From an uncultured Alphaproteobacteria bacterium (GTDB taxonomy: Bacteria; Pseudomonadota; Alphaproteobacteria; HIMB59; GCA-002718135), in the NCBI GenBank assembly GCA_902515745.1, contig CABXWB010000005.1:21303-85302 (forward strand): a DNA stretch of 64,000 nt. Direction: 5' to 3'. Below, piece by piece: positions 11,447 to 20,814 of this stretch (position 1 is its first letter; each line of letters starts with the position of its first letter). The position numbers were made by a program, and so were the translations under genes. The notes below the pieces were generated by a model. The model did not search any database and was not told the origin of the DNA. It saw only the letters and a list, made by a program, of their open reading frames with translations.

Positions 11447-12985
11447 TTAATCCTTATTTTGTTCTTCGGTCCAGAAACTTCTTGCTTCCATTATCATATT
11501 GTTAACAATTTCCTCATCAACCTCTAATTCTTTTAAAATTCCCTCTTCTTTATCTATAAGTTCAAAAGTTGCTAAATCAGCAAAATCATTAACGTTTAGA
11601 ATATTAGATTTAGCAAGTTTTGCTAAAATACTATTATTCATACCCTTCAAATTTTTTAATTTTTCATCATTGATATTTTCTTCTATAAGTTTTTTGTCAG
11701 ATTCTTCTTTATCTTGAACAAAACTTTTAGATCTATCAATTATTTCTTGAGCTAAAGTAGAATCAAACCCTTCTATTTTTTCTAAATTTTCTAAAGTTTC
11801 AGCAGCTACTGACTCGACTGTTGTATATCCATCAGTAACAAGAAGTTGGGCGATAACATCTTCAACGTCAAGTGTCTCGGCTAATAAAAGACTTTTTTCC
11901 TTAAATTCTTTTTGTCTTCTATCTGATTCTTCATCTTCAGTTAAGATATCTATTTCTAAGCTAGTTAAATTTGAAGCTAATTTTACATTTTGACCTTTTC
12001 TTCCAATAGCCAGACTTAATTGATCGTCAGGTATAACAACCTCAACTTTATTTTTTTCTTCATATAAGAAAATCTTACTTACTTCTGCAGGAGCAAGTGC
12101 ATTTGCTAAGAAAGTAGCTTGGTTATCAGACCATGTAACTATATCTATTTTTTCTCCTTGTAATTCATTTACAACAGCTTGTACTCTAGAACCTCTCATT
12201 CCAACACAAGCACCTACAGGATCTATCGTAGAATCTTCTGTAAAAACACTAATCTTAGCTCTGGAACCAGGATCCCTCGCAACACTTTTCACAGTAATAA
12301 CTCCCTCATATATTTCTGGAACTTCTTGAAAAAATAATTTTGATAAAAATTGAGGATGTGTTCTTGATAAAAAGACTTGATATCCTTTAACATCATTTTT
12401 TACTTCATATATGTAAGCTCTTACTCTATCTCCATTCTTAAATGTTTCTCTTGGAATAAGTTCTTCTCTTTTTATTATTGCTTCACTCTTACCTAAATCT
12501 ATAATTAAGTTTCCAAATTCAGTTCTTTTAACTATACCAACCGCTATTTCACCTACCTTATCTTTATACTCTTCATATTGATTAGATTTATCAGCTTCTC
12601 TTACTTTTTGAATTATTACACCTTTAGCGTTTTGTGCAGCAACTCTTCCTAATTCAATAGGTGGTAATTCTTTAATAATAAATTCTCCTAAATTAATATC
12701 TGGATTAATTTTTTTGGCATCTGACAAGAGTATTTGCCTAGATTGTAATTCTTCGTCAATGTTTTGAACAACCTCTAAATATGAGTTTAAATTAATATCT
12801 CCTGTTTCTCTATCTATAGAGATTCTTATATCGATTTCTTGACCGTATTTAACTCTAGCAGCTTTTTCTAATGCTTGCTCCATTGCTGAGAAAACTGAGT
12901 CTTGATCAATATTCTTTTCTAAAGCTACATTAGATGCAACTTGAAGCATCTCTTCCCTAATTACATTATATTTTTTTTTAGCCAT
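11447..12985 (-). CDS. nusA: Transcription termination/antitermination factor NusA
   Basis: 512 aa. It has N-terminal, S1 and two KH domains (GRKGQNV) and an acidic C-terminal repeat region. Confidence 0.96.
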   Translation of the reverse strand: MAKKKYNVIREEMLQVASNVALEKNIDQDSVFSAMEQALEKAARVKYGQEIDIRISIDRETGDINLNSYLEVVQNIDEELQSRQILLSDAKKINPDINLGEFIIKELPPIELGRVAAQNAKGVIIQKVREADKSNQYEEYKDKVGEIAVGIVKRTEFGNLIIDLGKSEAIIKREELIPRETFKNGDRVRAYIYEVKNDVKGYQVFLSRTHPQFLSKLFFQEVPEIYEGVITVKSVARDPGSRAKISVFTEDSTIDPVGACVGMRGSRVQAVVNELQGEKIDIVTWSDNQATFLANALAPAEVSKIFLYEEKNKVEVVIPDDQLSLAIGRKGQNVKLASNLTSLEIDILTEDEESDRRQKEFKEKSLLLAETLDVEDVIAQLLVTDGYTTVESVAAETLENLEKIEGFDSTLAQEIIDRSKSFVQDKEESDKKLIEENINDEKLKNLKGMNNSILAKLAKSNILNVNDFADLATFELIDKEEGILKELEVDEEIVNNMIMEARSFWTEEQNKD

Positions 12986-12990
12986 ATTTA

Positions 12991-13017
12991 TAAAAAAAAG
13001 GTGGGATAACCCACCTT
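12991..13017 (-). terminator. Rho-independent terminator between trmB and nusA
   Basis: The minus strand reads AAGGTGGG-TTAT-CCCACCTT followed by a T-tract. The tract ends about 6 nt before the nusA ATG. Confidence 0.75.
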
Positions 13018-13018
13018 A

Positions 13019-13047
13019 ATAATATTGCGTATATTAATATTTTACAA
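13019..13047 (-). promoter_or_regulatory. Candidate sigma-70 promoter for the nusA operon (TTGTAA-17 nt-TATTAT)
   Basis: The hexamers are read on the minus strand with a 17-nt spacer. The -10 ends 2 nt before the terminator's 5' arm. Confidence 0.3.
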
Positions 13048-13057
13048 AATTTCAAGC

Positions 13058-13714
13058 TTATAATTTTCGTAAAATGAATAAAGATGGTTTTCTTTGAGAA
13101 TTAATTGCTTTTTTATAATATTTCGTCTCAATATCGAAATAATCTTTTATACTTAAATTAATTTTAGACTGGTTAACCCAAAGAAAATAATCCTTACATT
13201 TGTAAAGTGAGTTTAAAATAAATCTTACATAAATTATTGAATCTGTTGCTATATATATCTCACCATTATTTTTCAAAATTTTATGTAGTTTTATTAAAAA
13301 TTCACTAGTTATCAATCTTCTTTTAGCATGTCTATTTTTTGGCCATGGATCAGGAAAAAAAATCCATACGAGTCTAAAATATTTTTTATTTGTAATATCT
13401 AAAACATTATAAACATTACCATTATGGAGTAGAATATTGTTTATATTATTTGTTTCAATATTTTTAAGTAAGATTATATTTCCATCAATATATTTTTCAC
13501 AAGATATAACAACTTTGTCTGAAAATTGTTTAGCAAGAAATATACTTGTTTCACCATAACCAGTACCTACATCTAAAATATATTCTGAATTTTTATTAAA
13601 ATTTTGAAACTTATATTTATCAACTTTTTCATAATAATTTTTCAAATTAATTTTTTTCTTACTTCTCCCCCTTGTTCTTCCAAATAATCGATTTGTATAA
13701 TTGCTACTAAACAT
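13058..13714 (-). CDS. trmB: tRNA (guanine-N7)-methyltransferase TrmB
   Basis: 218 aa. It carries the SAM motif DVGTGYGE and the FFPDPWPKNRHAKRRL signature. Confidence 0.9.
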   Translation of the reverse strand: MFSSNYTNRLFGRTRGRSKKKINLKNYYEKVDKYKFQNFNKNSEYILDVGTGYGETSIFLAKQFSDKVVISCEKYIDGNIILLKNIETNNINNILLHNGNVYNVLDITNKKYFRLVWIFFPDPWPKNRHAKRRLITSEFLIKLHKILKNNGEIYIATDSIIYVRFILNSLYKCKDYFLWVNQSKINLSIKDYFDIETKYYKKAINSQRKPSLFILRKL

Positions 13715-15158
13715 TTTTCCTTAAATAATAGAAAGTAATTAAAAGAAATATAATAAAAAAATAAATTTTTAGTATTAAATGCTGGTTAACAAAATTAGTA
13801 TTTTCTTGAAGAAATAATTTATGTTCAAATTTTTCAATATTATTTAGTTTAGTGTTTTTTATTATACTGCCGTTATTATCTATCACTGCAGATATTCCAT
13901 TATTAGATACACGTATTGTTGTTTTATTAAACTCTGCTGCTCTAATTTTAGTTAAATACAAATGCTGGTATGGTCCTATATATTTACCAAACCAAAAATC
14001 ATTAGTTATATTTATAATAAAATTACTTTTGTAATTTAACTTATTTAGCAGCTTCCAATAAAAAACTATTTCATAACAAATTACAGGAATAAAACTTATA
14101 TTATTTGGTAAATTAATTATTCTTTCTTCTTTACCACTTGAATAATTGTTTGGGCCAACAATATTCTCTAGAAAAGTAAGTGAATCTCTAAGAGGTAAGA
14201 ATTCTCCAAAAGGAACAAGTATTATTTTGTCAAAATAAGTTACTTTTGATTTGGTAATATTGATTAAACTATTGTAGTATCTATTATTATCAAATCTTGT
14301 AGCACCAATAATCAATACTTGATTTTCTTTTAAAGATTCTTTTAGGATTTTTAGATCAAGATTATCTAAAAGATAAGGAAAATTATTTTCACCAAATATT
14401 AACAAATCTGCAGTACTTTCTTGAATATTATTAATTATTGTATTTAGTTTTTTTTCAGGAGTTAGTGATTCATCATTGTTTTTAAAATTTAGTTGAAAAA
14501 TTTCTAAATCTATTGTGTTTGTATTAAAATTATTATTTTTAGAATTAAAATTTGATATTATTATAAAAACTATCGGTAGAACAATAAAAAATGATAGGAA
14601 CCCAATTTCCTTTTTGAATTTCACTTTAGTAATAAAAACAAAAGGTAGACAGAATATCTGAATGATCAGATAACTTGAGATTAATGTTCCAAAAAACTTT
14701 AATGAAAAAAGTAGAGATTCATTACTAGAAACAACCAAAGAAAAGGTAAACCATGGAAATCCATAAAAAAATACTGAAATTATATATTCACTAATAGTGA
14801 ACATAAATGGAATTAAAAAAATTATTGGAATTTTTTTTCCTAACTTAAAAATTATTGTAAATACCAAACTTAGAATTAAAGATAATAAGATTATTAATAA
14901 CAAAAAAACTAGAAAGAAATTTTTTGTTTCTTCAAAAACAAAAAAAGGATTTTTTATCCAAAATAAATAACTTATAAAAAATCCAAAGCCAAAAAATGAA
15001 AAATTTTTAAAGATATTTAATTTATTTTTATTTTTTCTATTTAAATCTAAAAGCAGGCAAAGAAAGGGGAAAATTATAAATCCTAAAGGTAAAAAAAAAT
15101 AAGGAGGAAATAAAAGTGATGTTAAAAGTCCTAAGATAAAATAAATTAAAATACTCAA
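13707..15158 (-). CDS. lnt: Apolipoprotein N-acyltransferase Lnt
   Basis: 483 aa. It has a polytopic N-terminus and a C-terminal CN-hydrolase domain with the catalytic Cys context PVICYEIVF. Confidence 0.88.
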   Translation of the reverse strand: MSILIYFILGLLTSLLFPPYFFLPLGFIIFPFLCLLLDLNRKNKNKLNIFKNFSFFGFGFFISYLFWIKNPFFVFEETKNFFLVFLLLIILLSLILSLVFTIIFKLGKKIPIIFLIPFMFTISEYIISVFFYGFPWFTFSLVVSSNESLLFSLKFFGTLISSYLIIQIFCLPFVFITKVKFKKEIGFLSFFIVLPIVFIIISNFNSKNNNFNTNTIDLEIFQLNFKNNDESLTPEKKLNTIINNIQESTADLLIFGENNFPYLLDNLDLKILKESLKENQVLIIGATRFDNNRYYNSLINITKSKVTYFDKIILVPFGEFLPLRDSLTFLENIVGPNNYSSGKEERIINLPNNISFIPVICYEIVFYWKLLNKLNYKSNFIINITNDFWFGKYIGPYQHLYLTKIRAAEFNKTTIRVSNNGISAVIDNNGSIIKNTKLNNIEKFEHKLFLQENTNFVNQHLILKIYFFIIFLLITFYYLRKNV

Positions 15159-16003
15159 TTATTTTTGTTTACTTCAACAATTTCAATTTTTCTGTTATTT
15201 GATTTGATAATCTTAATCCTAAGTTCATCATTAAAATCAATTACTTCATTATTTTTTGGTATCCTATTTATTTTTTCATATACAAGACCACCTACAGAAG
15301 AGGTTTCATCATCTTCATTTCTTGAAATATTAATTGAAAAAAATTCTTCCAAATCTTCCACTCTATAACTAGCATCTACAGTTATTGAATTATCTGATTT
15401 TTTATAAACTAATTCTTCATCATCTTCTGCGTCATGTTCATCTTCAATCTCACCAACAATTTCTTCAACTAAATCTTCTATCGTTACCAATCCATCAACA
15501 CCTCCAACTCCATCAACAACTAGCCCTATATGAATCCTAGATGATCTCATGGTTTTCAGTAAATCTAAGATCGGAGATTTTGGGGCAACATATAACACAT
15601 CTCTGATTATTTCACTCATCTGAAATGTATCCTGTGATGATTTAATAAAATCTTTTATATGAAAAAAGCCAATTACATTATCAATATTTTTTTTGAATAC
15701 TGGAATTCTAGAATGTCCCTCTTCCTTAATAACTTCTAAAATTTCGTTGTAAGATTTATCATGTTCTAAGGCTACTATTTCACTCCTAGGTATCATTAAA
15801 TCTTCAACACTTTTTTCATTCAAATTTACTATGTTTTTAATTAGATTTTTTTCATTATTATCATTTAAATTTTCGATATCTTTATTATCTTCGTCATTAG
15901 CAATAAAATTTAAGATATCTTCTTTTGTTGAATCATTAGATAATAATTTTTTAATTATCCAATTTTTCCAGCTCGATGATTTATCAGCGTTATTTGTATT
16001 CAT
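15155..16003 (-). CDS. corC: CBS-pair / CorC-HlyC domain protein (magnesium/cobalt efflux-associated CorC family)
   Basis: 282 aa. It has a CBS pair followed by a transporter-associated C-terminal domain, in conserved ybeY-corC-lnt order. Confidence 0.85.
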   Translation of the reverse strand: MNTNNADKSSSWKNWIIKKLLSNDSTKEDILNFIANDEDNKDIENLNDNNEKNLIKNIVNLNEKSVEDLMIPRSEIVALEHDKSYNEILEVIKEEGHSRIPVFKKNIDNVIGFFHIKDFIKSSQDTFQMSEIIRDVLYVAPKSPILDLLKTMRSSRIHIGLVVDGVGGVDGLVTIEDLVEEIVGEIEDEHDAEDDEELVYKKSDNSITVDASYRVEDLEEFFSINISRNEDDETSSVGGLVYEKINRIPKNNEVIDFNDELRIKIIKSNNRKIEIVEVNKNN

Positions 16004-16482
16004 TAAGTTGTATAAGGATTATTAATTCCAAATGATCCTAAAATTTTTATCTCCTCGTTTTTCATTTTTTTAAAATCTGAATTTTTTTTATGATCATATC
16101 CGTTAATATGCAATAAACTATGGATTAGTAAATGGTTAAAATGATCATATATGCTAACTTTATTTTTGTATATGAATTTTTCAATAGTATCTATAGAGAA
16201 AAAAATATCACAATATAAAATTTTTCCAACATTTTTATTTGAATTCTTTAAAATAAAAGTAAGAACATCTGTGTCTAGTTGTTTATTTTTATAGATTTTA
16301 TTAAGTTTTATCATTTTTTCTTTATCAGATAAAATTATATTTAATTCAAATCTATGATCTCTTTTAAAATAAGAGCTCATCTTATTAATAGTTTTTTTTG
16401 TAATAATTTTAATTTTTGGTATTCTTCTCGGCCATTTTTTAGATTGTGAAAAAAATTCAACTTTTATGTTTTTCATATGCAT
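16003..16482 (-). CDS. ybeY: rRNA maturation endoribonuclease YbeY
   Basis: 159 aa. The zinc motif HSLLHINGYDH is present. Confidence 0.9.
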   Translation of the reverse strand: MHMKNIKVEFFSQSKKWPRRIPKIKIITKKTINKMSSYFKRDHRFELNIILSDKEKMIKLNKIYKNKQLDTDVLTFILKNSNKNVGKILYCDIFFSIDTIEKFIYKNKVSIYDHFNHLLIHSLLHINGYDHKKNSDFKKMKNEEIKILGSFGINNPYTT

Positions 16483-17416
16483 TAATAATCTTTTTTACTA
16501 AATCATGTCGAACAACATCCTTTTCTGATAATTCAATAAAACCTATATCGTTAACTTTGTATAATTTCTTCAATGCATCTTTAAGTCCTGAATCTTTTTC
16601 ACTTACAAGATCAATCTGTGTAATATCACCCACAACAACCATTTGACTATTTTTACCTAGTCTTGTTAAGAACATTTTCATTTGTGTTTTTGTAGTATTT
16701 TGGGCTTCATCTAAAATTATAAAACAATCTTCAAGAGTTCTTCCTCTCATAAATGCAATAGGTGCTATTTCAATTGTGTTATTAAGTAATTTTTTTTCGA
16801 CCTGTTCATATGGTAACATTGAATATAATGCATCATAGATAGGTCTCAAAAAAGGATCTACTTTTTCTTTTAAATCACCTGGGAGAAATCCTAATTTTTC
16901 TCCTGCTTCAACTGCTGGTCTTGATAAAATAATCTTATTTACCTTTCCATCTTGTAGGGCTGAAACTGCTTTTGCAACAGCTAGATAAGTTTTTCCAGTT
17001 CCAGCAGGACCAATAGCAAATGTGATGTTTTTAGTATTTAGTAGTTGAAGATATTTATTTTGTATTTCTGTTCTTGGTATAATTTTTCTTTTTTTAGTTT
17101 GAATAAATAAATCCATCTGTTTGTCTGACTTAATATTCATAGATATTAAACTTTTATTATCTCTAATTCTATCCTCATCTATTTCTGCACCATTTTGTGC
17201 TTCTTTAAATAAATTAAGAATGGTTTTCTTAGTTTCAAAAATTGATTTTTTATTACCTGATATTTTAATTTTGTTTCCACGGTATTGGATTTTAACTTGA
17301 TTAATTTGTTCTATAAGAGATAAGTTTCTATCATTGATACCAAATAAGTTACTTAAAATTGTATTATCTTCTAATTCTAATTCTAAATTTTCGTTTTTAT
17401 TTACTATATCTGACAT
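16457..17416 (-). CDS. phoH: PhoH-like ATPase (YbeZ)
   Basis: 319 aa. It has the Walker A motif GPAGTGKTYLAV and sits in miaB-phoH-ybeY synteny. Confidence 0.92.
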   Translation of the reverse strand: MSDIVNKNENLELELEDNTILSNLFGINDRNLSLIEQINQVKIQYRGNKIKISGNKKSIFETKKTILNLFKEAQNGAEIDEDRIRDNKSLISMNIKSDKQMDLFIQTKKRKIIPRTEIQNKYLQLLNTKNITFAIGPAGTGKTYLAVAKAVSALQDGKVNKIILSRPAVEAGEKLGFLPGDLKEKVDPFLRPIYDALYSMLPYEQVEKKLLNNTIEIAPIAFMRGRTLEDCFIILDEAQNTTKTQMKMFLTRLGKNSQMVVVGDITQIDLVSEKDSGLKDALKKLYKVNDIGFIELSEKDVVRHDLVKKIINAYEKHKS

Positions 17417-18705
17417 TCAAGTGCAAAATTAGTTGAGTTTGTAATTTTAACATCCATAATTTGATTTAATAAATCTTTTTTTGAGTTAATAAATGTACTT
17501 TGATTGTAGATTGTACGACCTATAAATTGATCTTTATGCCTGCCTACCTTTTCAAATAATACTTCCATCCCTTTATTAACAAATGATTTATTAAAATTTA
17601 TTTGTTGTTGTGTAAGTAAAGATTGCAAAGCGCTTAAGCGCGCTTTTTTGTCTAACAAACTAATATTATCTTTGTTTTGAGCAGGTGTTCCTGGTCTTGG
17701 ACTATAAATAAATGAATAAGCAATAACAAAATTTATTTTTTCAATAAATTTCATTGTGTCTTCAAAATCTTTATCTGTTTCTTCCGGGAAACCAACAATA
17801 AAATCTGATGAAAGAGCAATATCAGGACGAACATTTCTTATTTTTTCTACAATTTTTAAGTAATCATCAACTGTATGTTTTCTATTCATTTTTTTTAAAA
17901 TTTTATTTGAGCCAGATTGAATAGGTAGGTGAAGAAAAGGCATAAGTTTTGAATTATCAGCATGTGCATTTATAAGAGAATCTTTCATATCGATAGGATG
18001 AGATGTCATATATCTAATCCTCTTAATTTCTTCGATTTCACTGATTTTATTAATTAAGTAAGCTAGATCTTTTGATTTTCCATCTGGACCCAGACCATGA
18101 TACGCATTAACATTTTGACCTAGCAAAATTATTTCTTTAATCCCATTTGATACATATTTTTTTGTTTCTTCTACTATATCATCAACTGGTCTAGAAAACT
18201 CAGGTCCTCTTGTATATGGCACTACACAAAAAGAACAAAACTTATCACACCCTTCTTGAATAGATAAAAATTCAGATGATAGATTAGAAGAGTTGAAGAT
18301 TAAGTTTTTAAATTTTTCATTTTGCAAAAATTCACTATTTTCAATTTCATCAACTTTATCAATCATATCAGGTAATTTGTGATATGATTGAGGTCCCACA
18401 ACATAATCAACTGATGGAGATCTTTTTTTAATTTCAAGACCTTCAGCCTGAGCTACACAACCTGCAACAACTAATTTCATATTACTTTTTTTATCTTTAA
18501 TTTTTTTAACTCGACCAATATCAGAATAAACTTTTTCAACTGCCTTTTCTCTAATATGACAGGTGTTCAAAACTGTTAAATCTGCTTTAGAAATATCCTT
18601 TGTTAATTTATAGCCTTTATTCGAAAACAAATCTTTAATACGGTTACTGTCATATACATTCATCTGACAACCATATGATTTGATATAAATGTATTTATCA
18701 CTCAT
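17404..18705 (-). CDS. miaB: tRNA-i6A37 methylthiotransferase MiaB
   Basis: 433 aa. It has the N-terminal UPF0004 Cys motif (GCQMNVYDS), a radical-SAM CxxxCxxC (CDKFCSFC) and a TRAM domain. Confidence 0.94.
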   Translation of the reverse strand: MSDKYIYIKSYGCQMNVYDSNRIKDLFSNKGYKLTKDISKADLTVLNTCHIREKAVEKVYSDIGRVKKIKDKKSNMKLVVAGCVAQAEGLEIKKRSPSVDYVVGPQSYHKLPDMIDKVDEIENSEFLQNEKFKNLIFNSSNLSSEFLSIQEGCDKFCSFCVVPYTRGPEFSRPVDDIVEETKKYVSNGIKEIILLGQNVNAYHGLGPDGKSKDLAYLINKISEIEEIKRIRYMTSHPIDMKDSLINAHADNSKLMPFLHLPIQSGSNKILKKMNRKHTVDDYLKIVEKIRNVRPDIALSSDFIVGFPEETDKDFEDTMKFIEKINFVIAYSFIYSPRPGTPAQNKDNISLLDKKARLSALQSLLTQQQINFNKSFVNKGMEVLFEKVGRHKDQFIGRTIYNQSTFINSKKDLLNQIMDVKITNSTNFALECQI

Positions 18706-19177
18706 GATTAATTTTTTTTATGAAGCATTTAGCATGAATATTTTTGTTATTATACCTAAAATAATTATGTCTAAAATTTAAAAAAACAAAGTTGTTTTTT
18801 TGGTATAAATTTATTGCCTCTACATTATCTTCAGCAACTTCAATGAAAATCTTTGAAAAATTAAGATTATTTGTTTCAATATAATTTAATAATTTTGTTG
18901 CAATTTTTTTTCTTCTTTGATCTTTTGATACAAATAAAATATGCAATTCTAAATCATATTCTTTATCATTTTTAATTTTATCACCAATTAAGACTCCTTC
19001 AAGATTATTATCCTGAAAATATCCAAGAGAGTAATTATTATCTTTGCTAAATTGACTTTCAATATTTTTTGTATTCCATCCTATGTTTTTAAAATAATTA
19101 AATTCATCACTATTATCATTTATAAAATTGATTATTGATAATAGGTTTTCTTTATTTATTAAGCTAATTCTATTCAA
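18698..19177 (-). CDS. rimI: GNAT N-acetyltransferase, RimI-like
   Basis: 159 aa. It has a GNAT acetyl-CoA motif region (QRRKKIATKLL) and the usual position beside tsaB. Confidence 0.7.
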   Translation of the reverse strand: MNRISLINKENLLSIINFINDNSDEFNYFKNIGWNTKNIESQFSKDNNYSLGYFQDNNLEGVLIGDKIKNDKEYDLELHILFVSKDQRRKKIATKLLNYIETNNLNFSKIFIEVAEDNVEAINLYQKNNFVFLNFRHNYFRYNNKNIHAKCFIKKINHE

Positions 19178-19785
19178 TTTAGTAATTGATTATTTGATAT
19201 ATATATTGGTTCAATAATAATATTTTTTTTAAAAGTAAAATTATTATAATTGGTGTAAAATTCTTCAAAAAAAGAAAACTGCATTTGTTCTAATTCATTG
19301 TTTTCATTAATTTTACTTTTATTAAAAAGAATCAAATCGATATTTTTTGGAATTGAATATTTATTATTTTCAATTTTATAGTATTCCATGTGGTGATCCT
19401 TAGTTTTATAACAGAAAAATTTCTGATTATTAGAAGAGGTTATAAAAACTCCCAATTTTTTTTTGGAATGTTTTATTGTGTTCAAATTTAAGATATCCTC
19501 AATAGTTAGTGGGTAATAAGGAATATTACGAGAGATCATAAGACCAGATATAAATGCTGAACCAACCCTTAAACTTGTATAAGATCCAGGACCAATTGTT
19601 GTAGAAATTTTTTTGAGATTTTTAGTTAAATTTAATCGTTTATCTATTTCTATATAGGTTTCTATTATATTATCACTTAACTTATCTGTTTCAGATTGAG
19701 TAATTTTCTGTTGTAATATTATTTTGTTGTCATCAATTACACAAAACTCTGGTATTGATGATATAATATCTAGAAATAACAACAT
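19174..19785 (-). CDS. tsaB: tRNA t6A biosynthesis protein TsaB (YeaZ)
   Basis: 203 aa. The IGPGSYTSLRVG motif is present. Confidence 0.82.
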   Translation of the reverse strand: MLLFLDIISSIPEFCVIDDNKIILQQKITQSETDKLSDNIIETYIEIDKRLNLTKNLKKISTTIGPGSYTSLRVGSAFISGLMISRNIPYYPLTIEDILNLNTIKHSKKKLGVFITSSNNQKFFCYKTKDHHMEYYKIENNKYSIPKNIDLILFNKSKINENNELEQMQFSFFEEFYTNYNNFTFKKNIIIEPIYISNNQLLN

Positions 19786-20814
19786 ATGAAATTACATAAC
19801 TACATTCTATTACTATTTTTAAAAAGTATTTCTTTAACTTTTTTATTAGTAAGTGGAGCTTTTGCAAATGAAGTAAAAAATTCAGCTACTGTATTTATGT
19901 ATCATAAATTTGGAGTTGCAAAATATCCTTCAACAAGTGTCACTATTGATCAACTTAACAGTCACATTGAAGAACTAACTAAAGAAAAATATACCATTAA
20001 ATCATTAGATTTTATTATTGATACAATTATTAATGATGGTGATCTTCCAGAAAATACTATTGGTATAAGTGTAGATGATGCTGATAAGTCTTTTTTAGAA
20101 GTTGGGTGGCCTTTATTTAAAAAAAATAATATTCCTGTAACTTTATTTGTAACGACGGGGACAATTTCAAATAATAAAAAATATATTAACTGGGATCAAA
20201 TAAGACAGCTCAAAGAAGAAGGTGTAATAATTGGTGCACACTCTCATACACATGCTCACATGCCAGATATTAGTATCGAAGAAGTAAGAAATGAAATAGA
20301 AACTTCTAATAAAATTTTTCTTAAAGAACTTGGAGAAATACCAACTTTATTTGCATTTCCTTATGGGGAGACAACAGATGAAATTATTGAATTAGTAAAG
20401 GAATTTAAATTTAAAGTTGCTTTTGGACAGCATTCAGGAATAATTAATGAAACTTCTAATATGTATTACCTGCCAAGATTTTCCTTAAATGAAAGATATG
20501 GTGAAATAGACAGAGTTAAGTTTGCTGCATTATCCAAGGGTTTAGGAGTTTATGACTTTATACCTCAAAATCCAACAATTAAGCAAAACCCTCCGTTCAT
20601 AGGTTTTTCTCTTCTTGATGATAAGAAGGCACAATCTCTAGATTGTTTTGTTTTTGATAGCAAAGGTCAAGTTGATAAGGAAGTTTATAAATTTAATGAA
20701 AGGATTGAGATAAGACTTGCGAGAGAATTGTCACCTGGAAGATCAAGAATGAATTGTACTGTTAAAGATAGTAATGGGAATTGGAGATGGTTTGGTCACC
20801 AATTCTATTTTTAA
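19786..20814 (+). CDS. Secreted polysaccharide deacetylase (NodB-homology / PgaB-like) protein
   Basis: 342 aa. It has a signal peptide, the VFMYHKF and ISVDDADKS motifs, and an HSHTH His cluster. Confidence 0.78.
   Translation: MKLHNYILLLFLKSISLTFLLVSGAFANEVKNSATVFMYHKFGVAKYPSTSVTIDQLNSHIEELTKEKYTIKSLDFIIDTIINDGDLPENTIGISVDDADKSFLEVGWPLFKKNNIPVTLFVTTGTISNNKKYINWDQIRQLKEEGVIIGAHSHTHAHMPDISIEEVRNEIETSNKIFLKELGEIPTLFAFPYGETTDEIIELVKEFKFKVAFGQHSGIINETSNMYYLPRFSLNERYGEIDRVKFAALSKGLGVYDFIPQNPTIKQNPPFIGFSLLDDKKAQSLDCFVFDSKGQVDKEVYKFNERIEIRLARELSPGRSRMNCTVKDSNGNWRWFGHQFYF

Noticed and set aside
9001-11717. Antisense or off-frame ORFs lie within rbfA, infB and nusA (9001-9267, 10027-10221, 10915-11262, 11315-11527, 11499-11717).
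   Set aside because: They are shadow ORFs of AT-rich, codon-biased genes. Their Ser/Leu/Phe-rich translations show no family resemblance, and all are nested in well-supported genes.
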